Assembly (NCBI RefSeq): GCF_000738915.1
Contig: NW_026515638.1
Span: forward strand, 332,882 to 396,881
Length of the DNA stretch: 64,000 nt
Reading direction: 5' to 3'
Source: Nematocida ausubeli
Lineage: Eukaryota
Shown here: one piece after another, positions 52,139 to 61,739 of the stretch
How positions within the stretch are numbered: position 1 is the stretch's first letter
Layout of the letters: every line of letters begins with the position of its first letter
Made by a program: the position numbers and the translations under genes
The notes under the pieces: generated by a model
Database searches by the model: none
The model's input: only the letters and a program-made list of their open reading frames with translations
What the model was told of the DNA's origin: nothing

Positions 52139-53479
52139 TTAGTTGTAGGAAGGGCCCATATCCGGGGTGGTTAGATATACTGTTGTGGCAGCGAGTGTGC
52201 CTAGTCCTAATATCCCAAATGCTTTTAAAAAGGTGTTCTTAATTGTGTTTTTAACTGAAGGGAATGCAAATACTTTTGCTATTCTCTTAAACTCACTTAC
52301 TCTCTCTGTAATATATGCTTTCTGTGATTCAGAAGTATTTGGCTGGGCTAGGAAGACCTTTTGATAATAGTCAATCTTGCTTTCATTGTACTCTATCTTT
52401 GATAGGTGCGTAATTGGTCTGTTTTTCTCTTTTTCTTCAATTTCTCCTGCCAGGTATGAACGATCAAAGTACTCATCGTCATCTTCTTCAGTTATTTTGC
52501 GTATTGTTTCATTAATCTCAACTATTTTAGGCATATTAACGTATACTTGGCATATAATAGCCTTGTCTTCATCTGTTAGGTCAGCCACTCTATCAGCAGC
52601 TTTGCCGTCAGCATAAAATGGATGCACCTGCTTGTTTCTTAGAATTAAATCCATTCCGTAATCCAGAGTGTACACTCCATCCTCTCTTTTTTTAAACAAG
52701 TCAATCCCAGTGTACTCAATACCCTCTGCTTGCACCTTGCTTAAAAAGGCTTTTAAGTTTCTTCTTAGTGCTATGTTTAATATGAGATTCAAGCACGACC
52801 TTTCATTCATTATTTTGGATATGTGCTCAAGATATCTCTGCATATCAAGCTCACTTATTTCCTTTAGTGACTTATACCATTTTTCAATCCTGTTCTCAAC
52901 GACTTTCATCAGCTTAATATCCTCTATTGCCTTGATCATGCTAGTCAAGTCTGTAATCAATAGCTCATTAAGATTATCTTCTTCCAGTCTATATATGGAA
53001 GCAGTGTTATATAACAGTCTGTCTTCACCAAGCCACTCACTTATAATGGTTTCCTCCAATACAAGCCTGGATATTTTTGATAGCAACTCTGCAGTCTTTG
53101 GCTGTAGTTTTTTACTTACTGTTATCTCAGTGTTTTGGGATACTAAGCCCTGTAGTATATTCATTCCCGTGTGTATCTCAAAATCAGAAGAGTTTTTTAT
53201 GCATTCTTCAATTTCTTTTATGTCACTCTGCATGCCCTCTTTATTAAACTTAAGATGAACAATATCCCTGCTACTGTGAAGAATAGCCTTAGATGTATTT
53301 TTCTCCTGGACTGGAGTATTTTTGCTCTCTTCATGCAATATTTTATTATTCTCAACTGTATATGTGCTATGACTTCCTTTGATCATTTTATTCTGAAATA
53401 AATTGGTTAGGGATAAAATATTTTTTACTAAATTCTGGCTGCACCTGACTAAGACATGAAGAATATTTAGAATGCGCAT
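52139..53479 (-). CDS. Putative secreted, C-terminally membrane-anchored lineage-specific protein
   Basis: MRILNILHVLVRCS signal-like start and C-terminal TM AFGILGLGTLAATTVYL. Start uncertain. Confidence 0.7.
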   Translation of the reverse strand: MRILNILHVLVRCSQNLVKNILSLTNLFQNKMIKGSHSTYTVENNKILHEESKNTPVQEKNTSKAILHSSRDIVHLKFNKEGMQSDIKEIEECIKNSSDFEIHTGMNILQGLVSQNTEITVSKKLQPKTAELLSKISRLVLEETIISEWLGEDRLLYNTASIYRLEEDNLNELLITDLTSMIKAIEDIKLMKVVENRIEKWYKSLKEISELDMQRYLEHISKIMNERSCLNLILNIALRRNLKAFLSKVQAEGIEYTGIDLFKKREDGVYTLDYGMDLILRNKQVHPFYADGKAADRVADLTDEDKAIICQVYVNMPKIVEINETIRKITEEDDDEYFDRSYLAGEIEEKEKNRPITHLSKIEYNESKIDYYQKVFLAQPNTSESQKAYITERVSEFKRIAKVFAFPSVKNTIKNTFLKAFGILGLGTLAATTVYLTTPDMGPSYN

Positions 53480-54087
53480 GAATAAATTTCCTGGCACCAA
53501 AATTAAGCTCTGAGGCAGTCTTAAAGTTCTGGCTGTGGCTCGGCGTATTTCTTTGTTCAGTCTTATTGTTCTTCTTCTGTAAAAGAGAATCTGTGTTTAT
53601 TCTTGAGTCCTTTCATAAGGCTGAGATAATCTCTCTCGCAAAATACTTTTACTGTGGAGCCTCTTGCAATGGTAAGAAAGTTCTGGAGAAATCGCAATTT
53701 ACTACATAAATATATTATGTGAAGAGGCAGTTTCAATTGTTAATGTTTGTTATGCAGTAGAAAACATCTCAGCACTAAGAGTATGTATGGTATTGTCTTA
53801 TAATGGGTAGGTATAAGATGAATGCTAGAATATTCGAAATGTTTTTTGTTGTATATTCTATTCGTAAATAAAAGTCTCTGCTTAAACCATTATTTCTTTG
53901 TCCTATAGTTATTTTAATCCAACTACTAGAATTCTTCTCAGCCCAATGCACACTTATTAGCAACTAGTAAAGTGCATGCAAGTGCTATACACCTATGTAA
54001 CCGCATAGCTATTCGCAAACAGTGCTTGCTTGGCCATTGCTTACCAAAAGAAACATTTTATTCCCACTACTACTCCAAGGAAAATTA

Positions 54088-55401
54088 GCAGCACAGTAAA
54101 AGAGTTTAAGATAAAAAGCCATTCGAGGCTTGCGGACAAGGAATATTAGTTGAGCACACAAAGGGCGGGCACAGTACAGCAAGACAGCAGGCAGATCGGG
54201 AGCGGGTGTTTATTAATAATAGCGTGTACCGGCCATGTACGGGCGCCATGTACTGCCTGCACACAGCACATCTTCGCTCGCTGCATACACATGTAGTGGT
54301 TAGCTGCTGCATATGCAGGGAGAGCGGCGTCTTGCGACTGGCCTGAGAACCCAGCGGCCNNNNNNNNNNNNNNNNNNNNNNNNNNNNNNNNNNNNNNNNN
54401 NNNNNNNNNNNNNNNNNNNNNNNNNNNNNNNNNNNNNNNNNNNNNNNNNNNNNNNNNNNCTAATGACAAAGTTGGCATCCAAGCTACTCCATATGGCCTT
54501 ATAGGCTACCCCGAAGGGAATGATAATAGTGGACGACCCACCGGCAGGGTTAGTGCCGGCTTGCTCCTGCCACCTCCTAGCCAGCCCTCTTCTCTGCACT
54601 GCGCCGTGAGACAGATGCAGCTCTCCTGGTGTTCTGAAATGCAGAGTGTGTGCCCCTTAAATACCCCCAAAAAATGATCAAATTTGGAAATATGTGCATT
54701 GGGCCCTTCTAATTGCGCTCTAGACTGTGTTCTGCTGTCTGTTTACTTAATTGCGGTCTATAGCCTGGCCTATGTGCAAATTGCGCACCTCAGAGGGCCA
54801 TATGACGAAAAATTAATATAGTGGGAGAGTGTGTACAAGGCATGTGCAGCAGGCACTGGAGGAAGACCTGCTGATGTAGGGAGGTGTGTGCAGATGGGTA
54901 GGTGAGGTAGACAGCTTGTGTCTTGGCACTTGCATGGCATGCTTGAGAAATGCACTCTTGTCTACTTCTGATGTGTCTCTATCAGCATACATATTGCATA
55001 TGTGTAGTCTGTGTATAGTATGTACATATGTGTATGTATATCATGTGTGGTATGTGTGTATAGTTCTGTGCTGGTGTGCGCATAGGTTTTCATGTCTGGA
55101 CAGAGCCTTTTTGTTCTTTATGTGGCTGGCGTGTGATGCGGAGTTTGTTCAGCTTTCTACATTGCGCTGAGTGTTTGCTGAGAGTGGTTCTTCAAAAAGT
55201 GCAGTTTTCTGATTTTCGTGTGTCTTTATCTTTTTTTTAGAAGAAACAAACCCTTCTGAACAATGATGGCAGTGCGAATATTGTAGAGTTTATTTTTGCA
55301 AAGATGTAGAAGAAAGGATAATAAGAAGACATAGACAGGAGAATGGAAATATAGTACAGAAGAGGTAGATTAGAGATGGAGGGTACGGGATAAATATATA
55401 A
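54088..55401 (-). repeat. Dispersed ~1.3 kb non-coding element, copy 2 (inverted; contains assembly gap 54360-54459)
   Basis: Reverse complement of 12816-14114; supplies 151 nt (54209-54359) hidden in the copy 1 gap. Confidence 0.95.
54360..54459. other. Assembly gap (100 N, probably placeholder size)
   Basis: Run of N. Confidence 1.
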
Positions 55402-55917
55402 GACATGTGCGTATGCAGCTGAATGGATAGAAAATGTACATCGGGTTATAGTGCATTGACGTGCCTAAAAGGGGGCGACGAGCTAGTCTGGAGATAGTAG
55501 TCTAGAATAGAGAGTGTAGTTGTCAAGGAAGTTTTATTATCGTAATTCTGCGGATGTCTTTGGTGACTGTGACCTTTTGTGTAAGTGTTGAATGTACTTC
55601 TTCTTTCTGACATGTGCCGCGCATTCAGTATTGTTTTTACTATCTTACTATTTTATAGTCAGTCTCTGATATACTAGGAATCGTCTAGAAGTTGAATTTA
55701 TCATTGATGCACTTTGGTTACGGAATTAATGAAAGTGGGAATTTTACCACAATTATTATTTCTTAGCAGAAGCTCTTTCTTCAGAATAAATTTATTACTT
55801 ATAATGGACTGTATATGAATAACAAGAATAATCAAGTATAAGCACATATACATGTTTAATAAGTGGTTAAAGTGCGCAATTAGAAAGAGTATTATACGGT
55901 GTCTAATGTATTTATAT

Positions 55918-56568
55918 CTAGATACTCTGGTAGTTTGTGCTTTTGTATAGGTCATTTATAAGCACACTGTCCTCTAGAAGGTATATCTTGCTGTCAAATG
56001 TGGCAACTGGATGCTTTGTCTTCTGCAGTGCCATTAATGACTTCTGTCTCTTTATGATGTCGCATGTCCACTTTGTGTACTTCGGGTCTAACGACATAAT
56101 TCTTTCATCATTTTTCAGCCATGCCATTAGCTCTGTCTTCATTTCATTTGCTTTCTCTGGGAAATACTTCATGGAAATATCCAGCATATTCAAGCCGTCT
56201 TTTCTGACGTCAATCACACTGCACGTCAGCATGGTCTCTAAATATAGCATAATATACTCCTCCCAGCTCTTTAGCTCTGCTGGAAGTGCTTTCCCCAGGA
56301 ATTTATGCGTAATTCGATAGAAGAGTGCACGAACTTCCTTCTTTTCGCTCTTGCACATCTTCATTATCTCTCTGATCATTTCTTCAGAGATGCACTCTAG
56401 TGCCTCTGCCTCTCTTGCACCCCTCATTCTAACTGATGACGAAGAGTGCCTCAGCATGCTCAGTATCTTTACCATTTCGTCCGTTATTCTTTTTGAAACT
56501 CCAATGGATCTTGATCTTACTGCAAGTGGTTTTATTACTTTTGGCTTAAGCTTGTACCTCTTGAACAT
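55918..56568 (-). CDS. IPI1: Rix1-complex subunit IPI1/TEX10 N-terminal domain protein
   Basis: FKRYKLK start, LRHSSSSVR, YLETMLTCSVIDVRKDGLNMLDI..KYFP (Ipi1_N-like). Confidence 0.75.
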   Translation of the reverse strand: MFKRYKLKPKVIKPLAVRSRSIGVSKRITDEMVKILSMLRHSSSSVRMRGAREAEALECISEEMIREIMKMCKSEKKEVRALFYRITHKFLGKALPAELKSWEEYIMLYLETMLTCSVIDVRKDGLNMLDISMKYFPEKANEMKTELMAWLKNDERIMSLDPKYTKWTCDIIKRQKSLMALQKTKHPVATFDSKIYLLEDSVLINDLYKSTNYQSI

Positions 56569-57347
56569 ACGGCAGATATTTTTCTGCAAAGACAAATAGA
56601 AATTGAATTTTTCTGCAGCTGAGAGCCAGTGAGAAATTAAAGCAGATTTAACACAGAAGAAACCAAATGAACAGATTATTCCAGAGAATGCACTAAAAGA
56701 TGCACTAAAATTACTACATTTGAACTAATAGCAATTTCAAAGGACCCAAATACTTGTAGTCAACCTGTCTTCTGAAACTATGTTTTCCATTGAGGTGCCT
56801 TCTATGCTCTGCACTGGCACTTTTCAAAGCAGTGACTTTTCAGTAACTATATGGCTCTACTACAGTCTAAATTAATTGTTGAAAATTTAAGTATATTTTT
56901 CTACTGAAAACCCCTTGATTTTAGCTTTGAGTGAAATATGCTGGATGCTTATTGGCAGAGTAGATGGTAAAATGAAATTATCACACAGTCTATAATAGTG
57001 TATATTTTGGAAAGTAATTGATAAATACAGGGTGGTAGGGGGAAGAGACTGGCTGCCAGACAGGGACGCAGAAACAATTCAAAGCCGTAGAGCATTGGAC
57101 GTAATGGTTTTTATTATTTTTAGCTGCAGCAGTCTGGCACGCCTTTTATTTATTGCAGTGATAGAATGCATAGTGAAGAATGTTAGATTTATGATCTGTG
57201 CTTTGTAAACATGCATATGCTCTGGATGGTTTATTCACCTAAATATTTCTGCTATCTAGATCTACGTTATGTACCGATCTTACTTTGTATTTTTGCAGTA
57301 CATTAGTGCTCTAAGGCATCTGCAAAAGCATTCAGTTATATCTCTAA

Positions 57348-59390
57348 TTAGGAAGATATTTCTGGGCTGGTAATTCGGTATATCTTAGTGTCATTGTATA
57401 TAATTATGTAGTCTGGGTGGTGAAGGTGCTTGCAGTTTGCGATTTCAAAGATTCCCCTGAGTATTCCATCTTTTAGCGTAAATATTTTCACCTGCTCTGC
57501 GCCAATTGCAATAATATATTCCTTAAAAACAAAGACGTAGTTAACTGCCATAAGCCACAGAAAGACTATATTTGTCTTTTTTCTGGATCCGTACTTGTTA
57601 ATGTAGAACCCCACATCAGAGAGTGCCACAAGATACAAATTGTCATCTATTTTGGAAATGGAAAGAGGTTTTGACTCTGTTTTGTCAACGTATATTGCTA
57701 TTGTTTTGTCTAATGGGTCAAGCAATTCCTGCGTGGTTAGGTCCACTAAATCAATTAGCTCAAAGTCATTTGAAGAAAGAACCATATTCTTTCCAAAGAA
57801 TGAGACGTCCATTATGTCACCTGCAATGTACATCCTACGGTGCGTTTTTTTTGTTAAGTATCCAGTTTGGTCTGCAGTTATTTTGAAGATAAACAGCTCT
57901 TCAGAGCCTAAATATCCTATCTGTTTTGCAATTAAAAGAATCTCATTCTCTGTTTCGCCGTTTTTAATGAATGATATATCTGTGCATCCTATGAGCTTTC
58001 TCAGTTTTGGAGGAGACTGCTGGATATCCTGACTTATCACAAAGCTATAAACTGCTTTTTCTATTCTGACAAATACATTCGAAACCTTCTCATTGTACAC
58101 TACATCCATGCATGGCTTCTTGTCTACTATCCTGGTTCTTTGATTGTTCAGGATTACCTCCAAGTACTCTTGGCATCCAATAACTATATCCCCGATACCA
58201 CTCGATGACCATTCTTCAATTAAGCTTGGGCTAATTAAAGAAAGGGAAATATCTTCGCCTTCCACCAGATTCTCCATTTCCTCTACTGTGAATTTGTAGA
58301 ACTTTGACTGCTCTGCCTCTTTTATATCCTTAATGACTTGGACAATTTCTTCTGCCACCCAGCCCTTGCACTCTGCAAGGTACTTTTTATCCCCGCATGA
58401 TATTTCTAGCTGAATCTCCTTTTTGTCTGGGCTTTCCACAATGCATGCCTCCACTCTGTCTGGTGCCATGTATTCATCAAGAAGCGTTTTTACGGTTTTC
58501 TTGTAGATTCCTCGAATTTTAATGATGCACTCGATTAAGAAAACTGCATTATCAAGGATCACAATTGAAACTGTTTTTCGGCTTAGACCAGAAATAAGTG
58601 ATATTTCTTCTTCCATTCTTATTAGCTTTCTATTTTTCTGTATAATTCCTATTGAGAAAGCTGGTCTGTGCTTGTAATTGATCTCGTGCGATAGATGGAA
58701 AAGCGTAAAGTACTCTGTGGAATATTGCACATTCTGGTTCACGTGCAGGTTTATCTGTTGAATATTTGTTATTTCCTCTGAAAGTGCTGCTTCTTCCTCC
58801 GGCAAGGCTTGCTTTAATATCGCCTTAAATAGCAGTGGGTATCTGGTTATTTTCTGCATAGGGCGCATGATAAAGTGCGAGCACCCCAGATGCAATCTGT
58901 TGATTCTATGGAGAACATCAGATATTTCTGCATCAAAGTTCTTGTTGTCTTCTATGAGAATTTCCATTGTCCCTGTTGCCTGCGGCACCCTTCCTGCATA
59001 TTCTATGTATATGCTTGAAATAAGTGTCTTTCTTATGCTGTATCCCTTAAGCACCTCTATAAGCAACTCTGGCGTAATGTCCAGGCGCAGAAATACATCC
59101 TTCGGGGTGTTTCTTGCTATTTTCAGGGTCTTCATGAAATTTATAAGAATTGCGTCGTGCAGCTGGTATATGCTATCTGAGTTTCCTATTACCTTAGACA
59201 GGAAAACCTGTTTGCTGTAAACATCCAATGTTGTCGTATTAACAACCAGATGTTTTATGGTTCTTGTCCAGAGAACTAAGTCGTACACGTACTCGGACTC
59301 AGACTCAAAAAGCTCGTATATTGCTTGCATTCTCTTCTGGCGCTTTTCCAGATTATTTTTATCCTTGTTTGGGTCCATGGCATCTGGCAT
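57348..59390 (-). CDS. ROM2: Rho GEF with DH, PH and CNH domains (ROM1/ROM2-like)
   Basis: KRMQAIYELFESESEYVYDL and FIMRPMQKITRYPLL (DH); FELIDL..L.TQELLDP and GFYINKYGSR (CNH). Confidence 0.85.
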   Translation of the reverse strand: MPDAMDPNKDKNNLEKRQKRMQAIYELFESESEYVYDLVLWTRTIKHLVVNTTTLDVYSKQVFLSKVIGNSDSIYQLHDAILINFMKTLKIARNTPKDVFLRLDITPELLIEVLKGYSIRKTLISSIYIEYAGRVPQATGTMEILIEDNKNFDAEISDVLHRINRLHLGCSHFIMRPMQKITRYPLLFKAILKQALPEEEAALSEEITNIQQINLHVNQNVQYSTEYFTLFHLSHEINYKHRPAFSIGIIQKNRKLIRMEEEISLISGLSRKTVSIVILDNAVFLIECIIKIRGIYKKTVKTLLDEYMAPDRVEACIVESPDKKEIQLEISCGDKKYLAECKGWVAEEIVQVIKDIKEAEQSKFYKFTVEEMENLVEGEDISLSLISPSLIEEWSSSGIGDIVIGCQEYLEVILNNQRTRIVDKKPCMDVVYNEKVSNVFVRIEKAVYSFVISQDIQQSPPKLRKLIGCTDISFIKNGETENEILLIAKQIGYLGSEELFIFKITADQTGYLTKKTHRRMYIAGDIMDVSFFGKNMVLSSNDFELIDLVDLTTQELLDPLDKTIAIYVDKTESKPLSISKIDDNLYLVALSDVGFYINKYGSRKKTNIVFLWLMAVNYVFVFKEYIIAIGAEQVKIFTLKDGILRGIFEIANCKHLHHPDYIIIYNDTKIYRITSPEISS

Positions 59391-59406
59391 TTCTTTCTTT
59401 GTTTAT

Positions 59407-60294
59407 TTACTTTTCTTTTTCCTTAAGAACTAAAACCTTTTCTCCCGTTGCATGGTCTGTTTTAATTACGCATATTTTCTTTATAATATGCCGAAACACC
59501 TCCTTTGACTTTGGGTTAGCCTTAAATCGCATTTTAAACTTTTCGATTAAATTTTTAATCGGCATTGGGCCTGCGCATAGATGCATTTTCACATCAACCT
59601 CTGCTATTTCCTTTTGCTTATCCTCTGACTCTGACTCATTTCCTGACTCTGACTCGTACTCTTCATAGTTCTTTACAAGCTTTTTTAAGTCTTTTCCTGC
59701 TGTATCCAGCCTCTTCTTCTTTTTCTCAACCCGCTCTATGTCAATTTCGCCATCATCATCGTCAAATACCTCTTTGTACTCGAGCTCATCCTCTTTGTAC
59801 TCCTCCACTGCCCTTTTGGATGCCTCTTTGTCGGACCCTGCGTCTTTTGATTTTCTTTGCATCTTTTCCTCTGCCTCTTCTAGGGTGAGTGTTTCATACT
59901 GGATCTTTGGGGAGAACTTGTACCACTTCCCAATTCTGTGCAGCTTTATTTCATTCTTGTCCTTTATCATCGCATAGTATGCACTTTTTGACTCCTCAGT
60001 TACCTTTATTTGTGTTTTCCTTCCAATAAAAGACCTTTGCTCGCTGTCCTCCAGCAGCCACGGAACTCTTTCCTCTTTATGCATTCTTATGTCTTCTGGT
60101 GCCTGGTACTCCAGAATCTCTGCTTTCTTTCGCGTGATCTTTGCAGGGTTCGCAGGTTCCTGCTCTTCGTCTTCTATCACCAAAGAAGGATCTCGAACAA
60201 GTTTCAAAGGCGGCACTAGGTCATCACCCATCCCGTGTATTGCTGCAATATTTCTCTCTATCCCACTGTTCACTAGAACAACTCTGTGCTTCAT
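59407..60294 (-). CDS. TFG1: TFIIF large subunit (RAP74/Tfg1)
   Basis: EERVPWLLED...FIG, KWYKFSP...YETLTLEEAEEKM, ELEY.EVFDDDDG and a C-terminal winged helix. Confidence 0.88.
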   Translation of the reverse strand: MKHRVVLVNSGIERNIAAIHGMGDDLVPPLKLVRDPSLVIEDEEQEPANPAKITRKKAEILEYQAPEDIRMHKEERVPWLLEDSEQRSFIGRKTQIKVTEESKSAYYAMIKDKNEIKLHRIGKWYKFSPKIQYETLTLEEAEEKMQRKSKDAGSDKEASKRAVEEYKEDELEYKEVFDDDDGEIDIERVEKKKKRLDTAGKDLKKLVKNYEEYESESGNESESEDKQKEIAEVDVKMHLCAGPMPIKNLIEKFKMRFKANPKSKEVFRHIIKKICVIKTDHATGEKVLVLKEKEK

Positions 60295-60318
60295 AAAAAA
60301 ATTAGCACGTCAAAATAA

Positions 60319-61134
60319 ATGAAGGCCATAAGAGAAAGATGGCTGTCCCTTTTAATGCCACCTGAGGAATTATCAGCAGAAAAGATCGCATCCAATGACA
60401 GAGTGTACAAAGAATACTTAGAAGAGATCTTTGTTCCTTTGGAGGTTGTTGATCTAATCTATAAAGACGTAGAAAGAACCAAAATTATCCCAACAAATGG
60501 CCTTTCCAGCAACTACCTTAATACAACAAGAGACTATGAGAAGGTAAGTGAAATAATTGCCAGAATTCTAAAAGTATTCGCATACACAAATAGGTCTATT
60601 GGGTATGTCCAGGGAATGAATATTATATGCTCCATTGTCTACTATGTTATCTCATATGATGAGCAGCCTTATAGTGAGTCTCTTGCATATTTCTGTTTTT
60701 TCAACCTCATGGTGGACATTGGGGACTGCTTCTCAGAGAAAATGGACATCACAGAGACAGGAATATTTGGGCAGCAGAGAGTAATACTGAGGATTCTTAG
60801 GAAAAAAGACCCTTCTTTATGTGCATGCATACAGAAGAAGAACTTATTTGGAAAGAGTGCCTTTCACATCCGGTGGATGGTGCTTCTATTCTCAGCTGAA
60901 TTTGAGCTAAAGGACACGCTTGCCGTATGGGAGCGGTTCTTTCAGGAGAGACCTAGAAGAAAAATGGTTCCTTATTTCTGTGCTGCAGTGCTAGTTATTC
61001 TAAGAGAGATTATAATTAAGCAGGATGAGATTCGTGTGATAGGCACACTTGAGGTAGCAAAGATCAACCCATACGAAGCACTTGCCATTGCAGAGGAGTT
61101 CCTCAGGGATATTCCGCACGCTACTTCTGGCTAG
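60319..61134 (+). CDS. TBC-domain Rab GTPase-activating protein
   Basis: IYKDVERT (R finger), GYVQGMN (Q finger) and RWMVLLFSAEF...VWE. Confidence 0.92.
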   Translation: MKAIRERWLSLLMPPEELSAEKIASNDRVYKEYLEEIFVPLEVVDLIYKDVERTKIIPTNGLSSNYLNTTRDYEKVSEIIARILKVFAYTNRSIGYVQGMNIICSIVYYVISYDEQPYSESLAYFCFFNLMVDIGDCFSEKMDITETGIFGQQRVILRILRKKDPSLCACIQKKNLFGKSAFHIRWMVLLFSAEFELKDTLAVWERFFQERPRRKMVPYFCAAVLVILREIIIKQDEIRVIGTLEVAKINPYEALAIAEEFLRDIPHATSG

Positions 61135-61205
61135 TGAAATTCTGTGTGTCCTGGTGTACGGAAATAAGAGAAGAATTTTAATATGCAAATATTACTAGCA
61201 AACAA

Positions 61206-61739
61206 ATGAGCAATCTAATGCCAAAAGAGCTTGAGCTGGCAATTGACTATCTTTCATCAGAGTGCCATCTTGACACACTTGAGGCCCTAAGCCAAACAAG
61301 GGACGCATACCACACCATGCGGAAAACCATAAAAGACACAGCACTAGCGGGGGATATTGAGGGAATGTATGAAATGATTAACAAAGAGTATCCTGAGCTG
61401 CTAAAGAATCACCCGAATGTAGTATCGCTTATATTCAGCCAAATATTCATAGAGTATGTGCGAAGTAATAAGCCTGAGAAGGCACTTGAGTTTGGGCGAA
61501 AGTCCATCCACATTGGCCAAGATATTGCAACCAACCAGGAACTCTTTCTATTGCTGGCATACAAAAACCCAGAGAAGTGTGATGAACTAAAAGGCCTAAT
61601 GGACATACAAAGAAGACAGATGATTTTTGAGTTGGTGGACGGTCTGATAAAAGAGAGTAAACAAGGAAGAAAAGCATCTCTACTGGAGTACGCCCACAAA
61701 ATAATTCAATACTGCGAAGCAATAGATAATGAAGAATAA
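61206..61739 (+). CDS. LisH/CTLH/CRA protein (GID8/TWA1-like, GID/CTLH E3 complex)
   Basis: LAIDYL..ECHLDT (LisH), RKTIKDTALAGDIE...INKEYPELL...FIEYVR (CTLH), LLLAY.NP...RRQ (CRA). Confidence 0.8.
   Translation: MSNLMPKELELAIDYLSSECHLDTLEALSQTRDAYHTMRKTIKDTALAGDIEGMYEMINKEYPELLKNHPNVVSLIFSQIFIEYVRSNKPEKALEFGRKSIHIGQDIATNQELFLLLAYKNPEKCDELKGLMDIQRRQMIFELVDGLIKESKQGRKASLLEYAHKIIQYCEAIDNEE

Noticed and set aside
57139..57150. CGCCTTTTA resembling U5 snRNA loop I
   Set aside because: The flanks do not form the U5 stem and the following bases differ from the conserved loop.
984..61722. Numerous antisense or alternative-frame ORFs overlapping recognised genes
   Set aside because: Shadow frames of the real CDSs.
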